Notes under the pieces: generated by a model
What the model was told of the DNA's origin: nothing
Database searches by the model: none
Seen by the model: only the letters and a program-made list of their open reading frames with translations
Part shown: positions 1-14,400 of the stretch, piece by piece
Position numbering within the stretch: position 1 is the stretch's first letter
How the letters are laid out: each line of letters opens with the position of its first letter
Program-made: the position numbers and the translations under genes
From: Antedon mediterranea
Taxonomy: Eukaryota > Animalia > Echinodermata
Length of the DNA stretch: 64,000 nucleotides
Direction of reading: 5' to 3'
NCBI RefSeq assembly: GCF_964355755.1
Contig: NC_092672.1
Location: forward strand, 32,556,437 to 32,620,436

Positions 1-493
1 ATGTACCTATTGTTCTCTATTTAGCAATCCAAGTGGCTTTAAGCCAAACTTTTATTATGAGAAACAAACTTGAAAGATAAATTTTGAATTAAGTTGTAAT
101 TTAAACACAAACTAAAAATACGTTTCTGGTAAAATTTCAATTACTAACCAATACGAAATTAAGCAATTAACTAAAAATCACTCGCTTATTCTTTGTCAAA
201 CCACATTATTATAAATTATTCCATCCTCTCATAGTTTATAGGATAAAACTGAAAAACAAATTTCTTTTAACTTGTTATCGTTTTCCTGTTTGTCGAACCT
301 GGTCGAACTTACTCAACCAGAATGTTTCAAAACATTAACCACAGTAGACAAAACACTTTACTGCGTATATTCGATAGATAACGATATCTTCATTGACGTT
401 GACAACGGAACTGATTTGTTATCCATTTTAGTTTATGTTTTACAATGTAAAGACGTGTTGAAAATAATTCTTATATATAAGAAAACAAACAAA

Positions 494-1781
494 ATGGAGA
501 TTTCATGTTCTTTTAAATCGGTTGTCGGCGAAGCTTGTGGATTCGATAGAAAAGACCGCAAACAGAGCACTGAAGTCCTACCTTTACAAGCATGCCAGAA
601 GGAAATCTCTGCACACAGATACATGTTTAGGTTTACGGGCATCGATAGTGAGTGGTACTATTTGTGCAGCAGGAAAATGGAAAGGCGTGAGTCACATCAA
701 CAACATAGAGTATGGAAGCAGGTCCATGAAGGTGTGGATGGCGTGTATGCTATTGGTGCAGGACAAAATCTACTTTTGAGTAAATTCTGTGTGCCCTTGA
801 AGCTACCCAATTCAATTCATAACCAAGATACAACGTCTGATCAAAATAATTCAAGTATCATTTATTGCAGTAAAAGCAAGAATATAATAAGCCAAGACAT
901 CTCATGAAGAACAAGCGGATATAAACGACGACGACCAAATAGAAAGTGAAGAAAGTCCTGGCACCCCCAGCAAACTGTTCTTTTGTCACGAACAAGGTTG
1001 CATTAGGTCATATCAGAGGTACTCTTCCCTAGAGAAACACTTAGATTATGAAAATCACAAGAACGCACTAGAACATGAAACACTTTATGACAGGGCAATG
1101 AAATTATACGCAACACAACTAGGAGAGAGGGTACTTCTAAAAATCCAGAACCAACAAGAACCAACGATTTGCCAGGGTTTGACATTGGCCCCAAACTGCA
1201 AATGGACTGGGCGTTAAAGTCCTCTGCAAAAACACCCGATTTTCTGTACCACAGAAAACCTACCTTATTGATGTTTCTGACGCTGGAGAGCAGACGGGAC
1301 AGAAAGCTGATCCATGTGATGTCTCACGAGAGATGAGATCGGGGCCAGGCACAGCGATGGTTCACATCTATTTAGCAAGACTGAATTTTTAACAGCACAG
1401 CAGATTGCAAGTTTTTTCTCACACTTGGCTAAAAAAAGGAGGACAGATGCAGTCGTTCATGATGATGATGATGACGAAGATGATGGTGACAAAGTCGAAG
1501 AAAATGGAGATGATTCAAAAACGGAAAAGGAAAGAGAAATTCAACTTTTGTCGCAAACCGTACTGGACACAATAGGCTTGCAGCATCCAATAATGTTTGA
1601 AATGCATAATATTTGTGAACTGAAAGCTCAAGAAAAACTCTCCAGATTCTCTTTGCCAATGTTGCAAGAAATGTGTACTTCTCTTGAACTTGATACCACA
1701 GATATAACCATAAAGCGCAAGAAGCCATACATTGATTTGCTGGGAAAGCTGGTTTCCGTGTGCAGTTGCTCGATTGATTAA
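494..1781 (+). pseudogene. Frameshifted transposase remnant (N-terminus joined to a C-terminal C2H2-like region; catalytic core apparently deleted)
   Basis: Fragments in several frames: MEISCSFKSVVGEACGFDRKDR.., KWKGVSHINNIEY..MKVW/YAIGAG, LFFCHEQGCIRSYQRYSSLEKHLDY..ETLYDRAMKLYA, WALKSS..GEQTGQKADP.DVSREMR, EFLTAQQIASFFSHLAKK. Stops and frameshifts lie between them; all sit inside the TIR-bounded element. Confidence 0.65.
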
Positions 1782-1947
1782 GGTAGCAATGAATTCTTTA
1801 AAATAACAATTTAATATGTGGGACGATTCTGTTGTCTAAATTGTTAGTATTTAAAGTCGCGTTCTGTAAATTTTTAATAAAGCGAAGGGCTGAAACAATG
1901 GTTTACAAGTTTACAAACAATAATTTATTGTTTAGGCTACGAATTAT

Positions 1948-2351
1948 TAGGAAATTTCGCACGAGCACATGAACGTTATCGGATGTCACCATTCTACTCA
2001 TTTGCATAACAACAGAGTTCAGTGAACATTTGCATTAACGTACTTGCTCGTTTTGAATTCGCGCTTCGACGGGAAGTGTAGAACGCAAAGCATGTGTAGC
2101 GCACGCAATATACGCCACACGTATTAAAACAAATCATGGAATACCTTGGGTTTATAGAGACTAAGCCTAGCCTAGCCATGATATTTAATCATGTTTTGGT
2201 TAACGTTTTCATTTACGCTATTTTTCAGAAATAAGGTTCTCGACGCACGTAACTAAAGTTTTTCGTAATGCTTGCGCACGCACAGCAAGTTGTTTACAAA
2301 GTGGGCGGAGCTTGGAAAATAGCGTTAACGTGCTCGTGCAAATACTCCCTA
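1948..2351. mobile_element. MITE (PIF/Harbinger-like) nested in the Sola3-like element
   Basis: Imperfect ~28-bp TIRs: taggaaatttcgcacgagcacatgaacg ... cgttaacgtgctcgtgcaaatactcccta. Confidence 0.55.
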
Positions 2352-2380
2352 TATGAGAAGATAAGAACATTATGTTATAT

Positions 2381-2572
2381 AGCCTGTTTTCCACTAGGCG
2401 AAATTATTCGCGCAAATAAAACATTTTAGCGTATACGCACACGTCAAATGGAACACTTTGTTGATAAAAATAAACTGCGCATGCGCGCGTATAGTGCAAA
2501 AAATAATAATATTATTATTATTATATTATAATAATAATAAGAATAAATTCACCTAGTGGAAAACATAACAGG
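2381..2572. mobile_element. MITE (Harbinger-like) nested in the Sola3-like element
   Basis: TIRs tgttttccactaggcgaaattattc / gaataaattcacctagtggaaaaca. Confidence 0.55.
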
Positions 2573-3537
2573 TGATGAAGCTAAGCGCGTTATAATGTTG
2601 AGGTTAGATAGTAATTGCTTAATTTCATGGGTTAGTCGTTTAAATTTGACTAGAAATTTATTTTTAGATGTTTTTATATTAAAACGTAATTCCAAATTAT
2701 TTAGGACCTTTCAGTTTACTTTAAAGTTTGTTTCTCGTAGTAAAATTTACCTTAAATCTGTAAATAGAGAACAATAGGTACATCTGATTGATCTTGCCGA
2801 CAGATGAAATCTTAGAAATTCTTACAACTTTGTGGCTCTGGCGCGGAGCGGAAAATAGTTTCCCCAAATTTTTTTAACTTGATTCATAAATATTAGTATC
2901 TAAACAGTAGATTGACTATTTTTTTATTTAAAAAAAATTCGTCGCACATGAAAAAAAAAGCGTTTGTTTTTACCCTACTTTTTAAGAGTTTTATATATGC
3001 TAATTAGTAATTAATTAGTCAAAATCTTAAAATTTCATCAAATTTTTTGAAACTTTACTAAATTATTGTCAAGATGCTAGTTAACGTAAGTGTAAAATAT
3101 TAAAACGCTAGGTTGCTACATTTAGCTTCCAGAGGCTGTTAAACTTAATGTAAATTATACACCAAAAATTAACAAAATTGGCCGAAAATCGTTATTTTTC
3201 GATTTTCTCGAAAACTAAGCGATATTTTACCAAACAAACTACACATCAGGTTTACTTACATCAAGGTCTACCAATGTGCAAAATATGAGCCAATTCGAAA
3301 TTTTGACCCTTGCCACTAAATTACAAATATGTCTGATTTTTGGTGACAAGCACTCTTAAATACTCAATAGTTGCGTAGTCTAGTAGTAAGTGTGTTATGA
3401 AAACGAAGGGTTCATTTTGATGTTGGGTTTGTATTATTTCGCTACTTTGAAAAGGGCACTTTCAGGAAAAAGGGGTTCTTTAGAACCCTACGAACACACT
3501 GGCTACCAGCTTGTAGATATGTGTATAGTACACTGTA

Positions 3538-3667
3538 AAGCTCTGTCTACACTATGTGAAAAAAAAAATGTGATGTGCCCATATATGGACACGATGATGT
3601 CATATCACTACCATATTTGGGCACATCACACTTTTTTGTCAGAAGTTTGATAGTGTAGATAGAGCTT
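3538..3667. mobile_element. Abundant ~130-170 bp MITE (TIR AGCTCTGTCTACACTATCAAAC), Harbinger-like; representative copy
   Basis: aagctctgtctacacta...tttgatagtgtagatagagctt. Further full or partial copies at ~6694, 20786, 22423, 22829, 26334, 29865, 31157, 34015, 37289, 38635, 45280, 49490, 49659, 59221, 62905. Flanks are usually TAA/TTA. Confidence 0.8.
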
Positions 3668-5484
3668 AAAGACATAGATTTGAACTTTTCATCAGTTTTG
3701 TTACATGATAAACGGTAATTATTAAAAGACAGGAAATGCTACAAGATAGGATTAATCATCTGAAAAAAATAGATATATACCAGAGAGCCTTCCTTTGGGA
3801 CGGACAGGCACACTGACAAGACACTTACAAAAGGAAGTGATTTTAGAAAAAAAAAATATTATTAGCACTCCTAAATTCTTAATAATACAGTAGTATATTA
3901 AAAAGTATATATTTAAAATAAGGAATAACAATTATTCTTTAAAAAGTTTAATTTAACCATTTTTTTAAAATTTTTTACAGGATACTAAAAGTCACCTACT
4001 GTATACAAGATTTGAACTTATAAGAGTATGCCCGACCATTACGCCACTGGCTTTTTATGGTTTGCAATGATTAAAAGGACCACTTTACGATATTGTTGCT
4101 TTGGGCCAATCAATTTTTTTAAAGGAAATTCACAGACAAGATAGTGTATAAACTGGGTCAATATTTAGTGCATAATTCTACTACACAAAATTTAATATAA
4201 GAAACCGTGTACAGTAGACGCCTACTCTGTTGCAATAGCTCCCTACAATACATTCCAAACCACTTAATTTTAACAGAGATATTTTAAACACATTCCATCC
4301 AGGTGATATTCTACACATGACTTTAGACTTGACACGGCAATACAAATATACTTACAGTACAATAAAAATGTGTAGTAAAATAGTATTCCTTCAATTAAAG
4401 GATGTGTAGGACCAAATGTAAGTTTGTTTTAATACTATTTTATTGCAGTGGGATCATTTTTCAAAATGATCATATTCATATTAAAATAAACATGGTACTG
4501 TATGGTCATAGAGAATAACTAACTATTTCTCCATGGAATTGTCAAGCCTGAAAAATATTTTTTTAAACAGAGGTGGCTCGAAAATCAGGGGAGAAGGAGA
4601 TGATGCTGAACAAGTATCTATACACTTTTTTTTCAGCCTTACAGTAAATATTTTATTTTTACAACATGACTATTAATTACTTGTTGCAGGGTTCATGAAC
4701 AACTAAATATTTATTTAGAGTGTGATGAGTAGTTTCATTTAATATTTCTCGTAAGAGTATACATAGGAAATATTGTCCTCAGGGGACAGGCAATAAAAGC
4801 TATCTCCTTAATTATGATTTGCTCATTATAAATTTACATTTAATGAATTTAATCAGTACTTCTCATACATCAAAGTTTAGTGATGATAAACTGACTCAAC
4901 TGTATACATAATATAGTCATGTGAACTTAATAAAATTACCACCAATATAATAGTTACAGTCATGTGAACATTATACAGTTTTTATCACCACACTTTTTAA
5001 TTAAATCAACTAAGCAATTTTCATCACTTTTTAGCACATACCTTCTCAAAATTCCAATAATCTATACGTACCTTAATAATAATATCGAAATAATTAGAAA
5101 ATATTATCAGTCAAAATTTCTTGACACCATAAATGATCATTAATGGTTTGCAATCAGTAAAGTCTGCAGGCATAGACAAGACTGGAATATACAGGTCCAC
5201 TGTAGTTAGGTAGGAACAAAGGTACAGTACTGTAGGCCTACTGTGGGGACGTAGGTCTATACACAATATATAGTCCAAAGGTAAAAGTCTTGATCTCGGT
5301 GATTGATAATTCAAATAACAATTATTATTAGGTAAATACAGAGATAAAAATGTTGTTGGGTAAATATACGTTTTGGTCTGCTGATCTCACTGTAAGCAAT
5401 TTGTTTACTTTACTGTATGGCCAGATGTCCTATCTAAGTAGGTTGTCTTCACCCCAGATAATTGGTTGGTACTCTTGTAATGGT

Positions 5485-6500
5485 AAGGGTATAGGGTGGG
5501 TGAGGGAGTATAGGGTGGTGGGGTGCTAGGTGGGTGAAGGTATACTGTAGGGTGGGTGAGGATACAAGGTGGGTGAGGATATAGGGTGGATGGGGATATA
5601 GGGTGGGTGAGGGTATGTATCAGGTGGATGAGGGTGTATGATGGGTGTGGGTATGTATCAGGTGGATGAGGGTGTAGGGTGGGTGAGGGTATGTATCAGG
5701 TGGATGAGGGTGTATGATGGGTGTGGGTATGTATCAGGTGGATGAGGGTGTAGGATGGGTGAGGGTATGTATCAGGTGGATGAGGGTGTAGGATGGGTGA
5801 GGGTATGTATCAGGTGGATGAGGGTGTAGGATGGGTGAGGGTATGTATCAGGTGGATGAGGGTGTATGATGAGTGTGGGTATGTACTGTATCAGATGGAT
5901 GAGGGTGTAGGATGGGTGAGGGTATGTATCAGGTGGATGAGGGTGTATGATGGGTGAGGGTATGTATCAGGTGGATGAGGGTGTAGGATGGGTGTGGGTA
6001 TGTACTGTATCAGGTGGATGAGAGGGTGTATGATGGGTGAGGGTATGTATCAGGTGGATGAGGGTGTAGGATGGGTGAGGGTATGTATCAGGTGGATGAG
6101 GGTGTAGGATGGGTGAGGGTATGTATCAGGTGGATGAGGGTGTAGGATGGGTGTGGGTATGTATCAGGTGGATGAGGGTGTAGGATGGGTGAGGGTATGT
6201 ATCAGGTGGATGAGGGTGTAGGATGGGTGAGGGTATGTATAGGTGGATGAGGGTGTAGGATGGGTGTGGGTATGTATCAGGTGGATGAGGGTGTAGGATG
6301 GGTGAGGGTATGTATCAGGTGGATGAGGGTGTAGGATGGGTGAGGGTATGTATCAGGTGGATGAGGGTGTAGGATGGGTGTGGGTATGTATCAGGTGGAT
6401 GAGGGTGTAGGATGGGTGAGGGTATGTATCAGGTGGATGAGGGTGTAGGATGGGTGAGGGTATGTATCAGGTGGATGAGGGTGTAGGATGGGTGTGGGGC
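5485..6500. repeat. G-rich minisatellite, ~38-bp unit (gggtatgtatcaggtggatgagggtgtaggatgggtga)
   Basis: Directly visible tandem array of >20 units, preceded by shorter degenerate ~19-bp half-units. Confidence 0.95.
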
Positions 6501-7331
6501 AGATAGCAAATGATTGGTTTATTGGTGCTCAAACACTTTTTCCCAGTTCTACAGTACACACACATTGATTGGATAATAAAGAAGTGCAAGGCAGCAAGGC
6601 ATGTGATGCAGGAAGACAAATTATGTGAGGCATCTTATCATAAACAAAAGTAGGCCTAAAATGCTATCTGTTACCTACAACAGTATCATCCTAAAGCTCT
6701 GTCTACACTATCAAATTACTTTAACAAAAAATATGATGTGCCCAAGTACTGTATGTTAGTGATATGCCCAAATAGGGTAGTGATATGACAATCATCATCA
6801 TGTTCAAATATGAGCAAACTTTTCTTGTCACATAAAGTTTGATAGTGTAGATAGAGCTTAATACACTCGTCAAACAGCCAACTACTTACCTAGGATACAG
6901 TACATTAGTCATATCAATTTCAAAATATAAAGTTCCAAGTCTTTAATTTTAATGAAAATATTCTGAAATGAAGAACTCACAGCAATCCTATCATATTAAC
7001 CTTTAGATTAGACACAATCAGTCGTAAAACTTTCCGATGAAAACCCTCGAGATCCGTTTGTGAATGCGCGACAATAAATCTAAACTTAGAGCTATATATT
7101 CATTAATACGTAAGTGGTTTTCTGTTAATTGAGTGGTCGGTTGAGAGAATAAGAGAATGTAACATATATGATGCCCTACATATTGCACCTAACAGGCTGT
7201 TAAAGGGATTGAAATGGCCACATGTTTAACACATCATTTCTAGTGTTGTAAACAACTTATATTATTGATTATATCAGTAGTCCCCCTGAATAGTGGTAAT
7301 TAGACATGGTGTTTCTCCTTGTTTGTTAAAC

Positions 7332-7690
7332 AGGAAAGTGTACCTTAAAAGGGGCGCACCCTAATTATGGATGTTGCAAAGGATGTCTTCTACTGTATAT
7401 TATGGGGGTTTTGTTTTATCTTTCGTGGGTGTAGCCCACTTTTATTCATTCTTTCATTCAGTGACAAAAATATAAAGAATTTAAAAAAATGTTTTAAAAA
7501 ACAACATGTGTTTATAACATGGAAAGTGTACCTTGAAAGTGGCGCACCCTAAATAGGGATGTCTTAAAGAAGGTGTCCTACTTTATGTTATAGTTTTTTT
7601 ATATCTTTCGTATGTGTAGCCCACTTTTATTCATTCTTTCATTCAGTGACAAAGATATAAAGAATTTAAAAAAAATTGTTTATAACGTAT
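7332..7690. repeat. Local tandem duplication, ~190-bp unit x2
   Basis: ggaaagtgtacctt..ggcgcaccctaa..tgtagcccacttttattcattctttcattcagtgacaaa..ataaagaatttaaaaaaa occurs at ~7333 and ~7521. Confidence 0.8.
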
Positions 7691-8934
7691 ACATGTGTTT
7701 ACAGTATAACATGTATAAACTATATATTATAGTTTGTGAAAAAGTGCATTGTTATAACATATTTCCATTAACATTATCAATATGTTCTAGTATAATTATC
7801 AATGTCAATATGCATCAGTCAATCTCTCAGTCAAGTTACCGTGTACTACTAGATTAATCACATCCTAAAAGGTACATCACATATGCTTCGATGGATGATG
7901 AGTAAAATTAATCAAGAGCAATCACCGAGAAAGAGATGTGGACTGACTGGATGCAACATCAGGTGATTCTTATCACTAGGTAATGGTGTGTAGCGTGATG
8001 TGTGAAATAAAAAAAAAAGGGGGAGGAGGGGAGTGGTGAAATACTTTATTATTATTCTTTATTAAAAGATTCAGCAAGAGGTAGAATACAAAAACATCTA
8101 GCTATCTACACGTACAGCTATATTATCATTCACTAGTATTAACTGATCCTGTGCTTTATTGTATACCTTTCTGATAGGTTTATCCTGGTTGAAGAATAGA
8201 CTAGTCCATGTGACACAGGACTGGGAAACCATAACAGTCAGGGGAAAAATGGCAAAACTCTTCCTACTTTCTACTTGGAGTTTTATCAGTATAATCTAAT
8301 TAATAATATTGTTTTGACAACTTTTGCAACATGACCACAATGCTGATGGTGCCATTTTCCCCTTAACTGATAAACCTTTACTGTAGCCCAAATAGGTTAT
8401 AAAATAAACTACAGTGTGGACTCAATGTAATCACAGCTCAAATGATTCATTGCTCTCTAGCCTTCTAATGTTAACTCTCTGTCCTAACCTAGCCCTTCGG
8501 AAATTTGGTCAAGATCACATGCCTGTAGTGCCAACTGAAACCTTGGCTCAGTTTCTAGAAAGAAAATATACTACTACAACAAAAATATCAATCTATTTTT
8601 TCTGTTTGTGAAGTGAACTGTGATTTAACAATGTTGTAGTTAACAACTGTATTGTTGACGATGTAAACACAGACATACAGTACAGTAGGCAAACAGCGAG
8701 TTTGGAAAGAAAATCACTGAACTGCAAAAAAAAATTGGGAGTTTACTAAACAATGAAAATACCTTATTAAAGCAAAGTACCAAGGCAATCTAACATGATG
8801 CTACAGTACGCTCTGGAGACCAAAGGGTTTATCTGTGGCTGCGACACAATCAGTTCCACGCCCCATAACAGACGCCGCACGCCGCAGAGAATATGTACAT
8901 ATTTTACAGTACTTTTGGTATTTGTGACTGCCAG

Positions 8935-9180
8935 ATTTTTTTTTTACCATATTTAATGAGGGTGATCCATCCAGTAATTGCTGATCATAGGGACCCTCAG
9001 AGGTTCACAAGACAGACATGTACACAAGATGCTCTACATAAACAAAGTCATATTACAAGTCTTTGGGAGTGGAGTTGTAATTTTTTCCTTAGAAAAAATC
9101 CTGACATGTGACGGGACTTAAACCCAGGACCATTGGAGTGGTAGTCAAGCATCAAACCACCAAGCCACAACTCCACTCCA
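8935..9180 (-). mobile_element. Degenerate tRNA-derived SINE
   Basis: Reverse complement begins gagtggagttgtggcttggtggtt...ggtcctgggtttaagtccc (A/B-box-like) and has an A-rich tail. Confidence 0.45.
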
Positions 9181-11454
9181 AGGACTGTTCGAGGACGAGT
9201 TCCTATCTTGGCAAGGCGAGCTCAGTGTATTTCATCAGAGAGTTGATAAATTTACTGCATTCATTTTTATTTACTACATCGAACAATGAGAAAACTGCCA
9301 CTATATAGAATTAAACATTTAAAATATACTGTACATTAAAATTAATTAAATATTGTAATAAACAATTATACATTGTATTTTGACACACCCGTTTGAGTGC
9401 AAGAAAAGCAAGCACCATGAGAGTTTAACTATAAATAACAACATTAACACTCTAATCAATATAGCTTTACATATTTTATGTTCTACTTTTAATAAACACA
9501 TCATCACGATGTTCTATGACTTTCACTAAATTATATTAGAATATGTGTTGGGCCGGTGGCAATACATCATTATAAATACAGCTGATTTGTCGCATACATG
9601 GCGTTTTATTTCTGGTAATGCATGATAGTACTCACAGTATAAATCATACGGTGAACACACCTGGGAAATTCGGATAATTGCAATTGCATTATGGGTAGTT
9701 TGTGAATTTATGTAACACAGATATGTCATGAATGCGACCTATGACATTTGATACTAATAAATTAATTTAATGAATCAATAAAATCTAGAACTATAAATTT
9801 ATAATGAATCATATAATATTTTATTTATTCAACGTCGTGTATAACTATAATAAATAATTAATAAAAGGACAATGCAAAATAAACTTTAAATGTACTGTAC
9901 CATCAGCGTTTTTAGATAGAAAATATATCAATATATTTGTGTTAGTGTTACTGTATTATAATATAGATTCTTATTAACAATACATTTTCATCTGTGTTTA
10001 ATACAGTATGCTGTTTCTGTTGTATTGTAGACATTGTATGTATACATTTATAGTTCTATCTCTAGGTATTGGAATATTATATAGTCATAACAGTACAGCA
10101 TTATGTAATTGTATTAAAGAATAACATTTCACGCAACGCCAATTTGTAATTTAAAAACATGTGACAATACAATACAATGCTAGATTGCATAGATCATACA
10201 CAATAAAGTCGCTGGGGTTTAGTTCGGTCTTGTGACAAAAATTTTATTCAACAAAACAATTATCTTAAATCAACTGTGTACTGTGTACTACTTAAAAACC
10301 AAGTGTTTGGCTGTTAAGACAGGCCATAGCAAAACCATTGACACAGGTTTCAAGGCATTTCTTGGCCAGATTATTAATTCTCATTTGTCTGTAGACTGGA
10401 CTTAATTAGGCTTCTCAGATAAGGCCACATATAAAAACAATACCTACCGCCCCTGGATTTTGGCTTGCCTCCAATTTTAAAAAAAATGTATAAATTATTT
10501 TTACGATAAAAATCCCTAAAGGATCATTTAAACAAAAAAAAATTAATATCATTATTTGGCACCGCCAATGAATGATTGAATAGCCATAGAATTAGAAGTT
10601 TCCTCCAGCCGCTAAAACTTACACGAGTATTGTTAACGAGGACAGCGTAATATACAGCATTAACGTTTACTGGTAAAGGACGTCAGATGAGAAAGAATGA
10701 TTGGAGCAAGGGGTATAAATTCAATTTTGATACCTTGTTCTCATCGATAAATTTTGTTGAACAATGAAATACAAATGCAGAGTAATTACATTGTATTGAA
10801 TTATATCTTTCCTACAAATAGGAGACGCAATATCTTAAAAACAGACACAAGTCTAGCATCATTAATATTGCATAATTATTCTTTTCAGACATATTGTGTA
10901 ACATTAAAAATCTCAATTGACAAATACAGAACAATAATGTTGCTATACATCGATTACGCCAGCGATAAATAAGACATTGTACGACAACAGTGAAAATGAT
11001 GATTCTTCTTTCCCACTCAAAAAGTCAGTCATACACAATAACTAAAAGAAAGGAATTGATGGAAAACTCTATTGTTGCTAGGCTACCAAGGTCACATGAT
11101 GATCAGTGATATATATAAATGATCATAATGAGCCCTTGATCATTATTACAAATTTGTATGAAAATTATATTATAATTTTCACTGATTATCAATTCACTTA
11201 TAACAACAAAATATCACATTAAATATTAGATGAAATTGTTCATTTTTTACAGTTTGTTTTAAATCCAACCTTTGAAATAGTATTGATCTGTTTGGTTTTA
11301 TTATTTTAATTATGACCTAATTTTACTTGGTAGTTCAAAGTTTGTATTGTCTATATAACATAAACAGTAACACTATAAAATTGTAATATTCAATCTAATA
11401 CATCGATTGTCAGTGAAAATGAATTGAAGTTTATTATTAATATCTTCTTTATAT

Positions 11455-14400
11455 TATTAGTTATCCGCATTCAGCGGATAACTCCTTGTAACTGTCCTGT
11501 TTCATCATCTTTTTTTTTTTGGTTATCCGCAACTTGTAAAGTTGCGGATAACCCTTGTTATTGTAAATATCTTTTTCTTCATCTTCATCTTCTTTGTTAT
11601 TAGTTATCCGCTTAGTAGCGGATAACTCCTTGTAATCGTCCTGTTTCATCATCTTTTTTTTTTTTTTTTTCTGTATTATACTTCTTTCCTTCTGTCATTT
11701 TTGTGCGTCGCGTTTCTCTAAAACGTGTAAACAAAACATATCGTAACTTTGTCAACATATCGACATTTACGTGAACTTGTGCACCTCCTATTTTTGAATG
11801 ACGTCAGAGTTGCGCAACGTGACTTACGCGCGATTTTATGAATTTCAATGATTGATCATAGACTAAAAACGAAACATAATTTTGTTTTGACACTTTGTGA
11901 AAATTTAAGTCACATCAAGCGCAAACTTCCTATGGATTAAAAATAGCATGTTTCACAAAAAGTTACGCGCGCACGCGCGTTTAAAATTTTAGAGTGCGAA
12001 AAATCAACTTCTAATCAACTTTCTATGCGTTTCATGTCATTTTGAGCATGTCAAAAATTCCCACGCGCGCGAAACTTTTTACGCACGCGGTGCACACTTA
12101 GAGTTAAAAACATATTTTTTTCGCGTTATTCATGTTTTTTCAGCCTTTTATAGTAATGTTACCAACCTTTAAACAATTTCGACTTAAAATTACGTCATAC
12201 GAGCACGTCGAATTAAATAATTTGCACGCGTTTCTGGTGAAAAAGTTCAAAAATTCGTCAAAATTATGCCTATTTTTAAACAGTCATAGATTCTAAACTA
12301 CATGGAGAACTTTTTTTTAATTACATATTCTGGAAGTTGATGAGTTGTAGATATCGAATCATGCATTAATATGGCTAACCGGACATTGTGACGTCATCGT
12401 ATGGCCACGCGAATATAAAATATAGGATTTTTGTCTCTTTCGTCATAGCTCATCACATTTAATAGAGCGCATCTCCACTTATTCGTAGTCGATTTTCACC
12501 CCGATTTTAATATATTCTAGGTCAATCAACTATCTTTTGCATGAATTAAACATTTTTTAATTTTTTTAACGTCATCATGCCTAAAAATTTAAATTACGTT
12601 GGTCATTAATTTCATCTTTACAGTAAATTTTAATCTGTTATACCTCGTAAGAATAAAATGTGATAATCACGATTAAAACGTTTTCAGGAAGCTATTGTAT
12701 TGTAGATACAAAATCATGTGTAAATTGTGCCAATTGAATGTTGTCATCATATGGCCAGTTAAATAAAAAAAGTCGTATTTTCATCTTTTGCATTATATTT
12801 CATTACATTTAAAAGAGCGCGCATCAATATTTCACGTATTCAAATTTCTTCTACACGTTAATATGTTGTTGCTGAGATAATTTCATTCTGAAATTTCTAC
12901 TTTTGCATTTCATTTTGAAACCGTCAAGATGTTAAAAATTACAATAAAATACGGGTCCCGTAATTTCACCTATTTTACACTGTTTGTGATATGTATACAG
13001 ATTGTACTGTGTATACTATATGACACACAATAACAGAATTCAGAAATAACAACATATCATATTCTTCAGTTCAGGTCATAATGCCTTAATATTTTTCTGT
13101 GCGCAATATTGTAACGTATGACGTGCACGTGGCGTTTGTCGAGCGGATAACTAACTCGTCAAAGTGACGAGTTTCATGTCTAGTTCTTCTTTCTTTCCCG
13201 GATTTTTGTGTGTCGCATATCCCCTATTGCTTGTGAACATAACTTTGTATAACTTTGTCAAAAGATTGATCTGTAGCTGTAGATGTGCAAGAAACTTCGT
13301 TATATGACGTTAGAGTCGCGCAGCGTAAGTTACGCGCGATTTTAAGAATTTCAATGATTGATCATAGATTATAAACCAAAAGTCATTTTTTATTGACACT
13401 TGGTGAAAATTTAAGTCATATCAAGGGCGAACTTTCTATGGATTAAAAATGGCATGTTTCACAAGAAGTTACGCGCGCACGCGCATTTAAAATTTCAAAA
13501 TGCGCAAAATTAATTTCTAATCAACTTTCTACGCTGATCATGACATTTTGAACATGTGAAAAATTCCCACGCGCGCGAAAAAAATTACGCGTAAGGTGCG
13601 CACGGAGCATGAAAATCATGTTTTTTTCTCTTGAATTATGATTTTCCAACCTTTCCTAGTCATTTTAAAAAAGATTGACATGATTTGAAATTAAAATGAC
13701 GTCATACGAACACGTTGATTTATACCATTTTCGCGCGTTTTAGTTGAAAAAGTTACAAAATATTGTCAAAATTATGCCTATTTTTAATCTATTATAGCTC
13801 CTCAGGATCATCCACGACCCCCAATTTTTTAAATTTTATATGTAAGTAGATATGTTGTAGATATGAATTCATGCAGAATCTTTACCCTTCGGATGTTATG
13901 ACGTCATCGTATGGCCACACGAATGTAAAATATAGAGTTTTTTACTCTTTCGTTATTGCTCATCACATTAAATAGAGCGCATCTCACTTTTACGTGCCCA
14001 AAATTCTTCAAAAAAATGTTTTAATGTAATTATTTAGATAATTATCTTCTAAAATGGTTATCTTTATATGTCAATTTGATGATGTCATCGTGTTAATAAT
14101 TGGATTTAAAAGATGGGTCTCGTAATTTCGTCTATGCTACACTGTATATAACATACAGTTTATTCTGTAAAATACTGTAATATGATGTAAGCTATATAAT
14201 AGGTACAATTCAGCACTGTAAACACATTTATTTCATGTCAAAGGATGGCATAATAATTGTCGAGGTTCATATAGTTTAAAGTATGTGCATGTTACGTATG
14301 CGCGGATAACCCGAACTCGTCAAAGTGACGAGTTCAAATCTAGTTTTTCTGTATTCTTCTTTCTTTCTGTCATTTTTGTGTCTCGCGTAACTCAAAAACG

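Larger units (their letters stand above)
1..3355 (+). mobile_element. Internally deleted long-TIR DNA transposon, Sola3-like; window starts inside the left TIR
   Basis: Bases 1-23 (atgtacctattgttctctattta) are the exact reverse complement of 2761-2783, with weaker similarity 47-80 vs 2715-2748. The right end reads ...gacaagcaCTC|TTAA (3355|3356-3359); GAG..CTC termini, a TTAA target and long TIRs are described for Sola3. Degenerate transposase-like ORFs lie inside. Confidence 0.7.
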
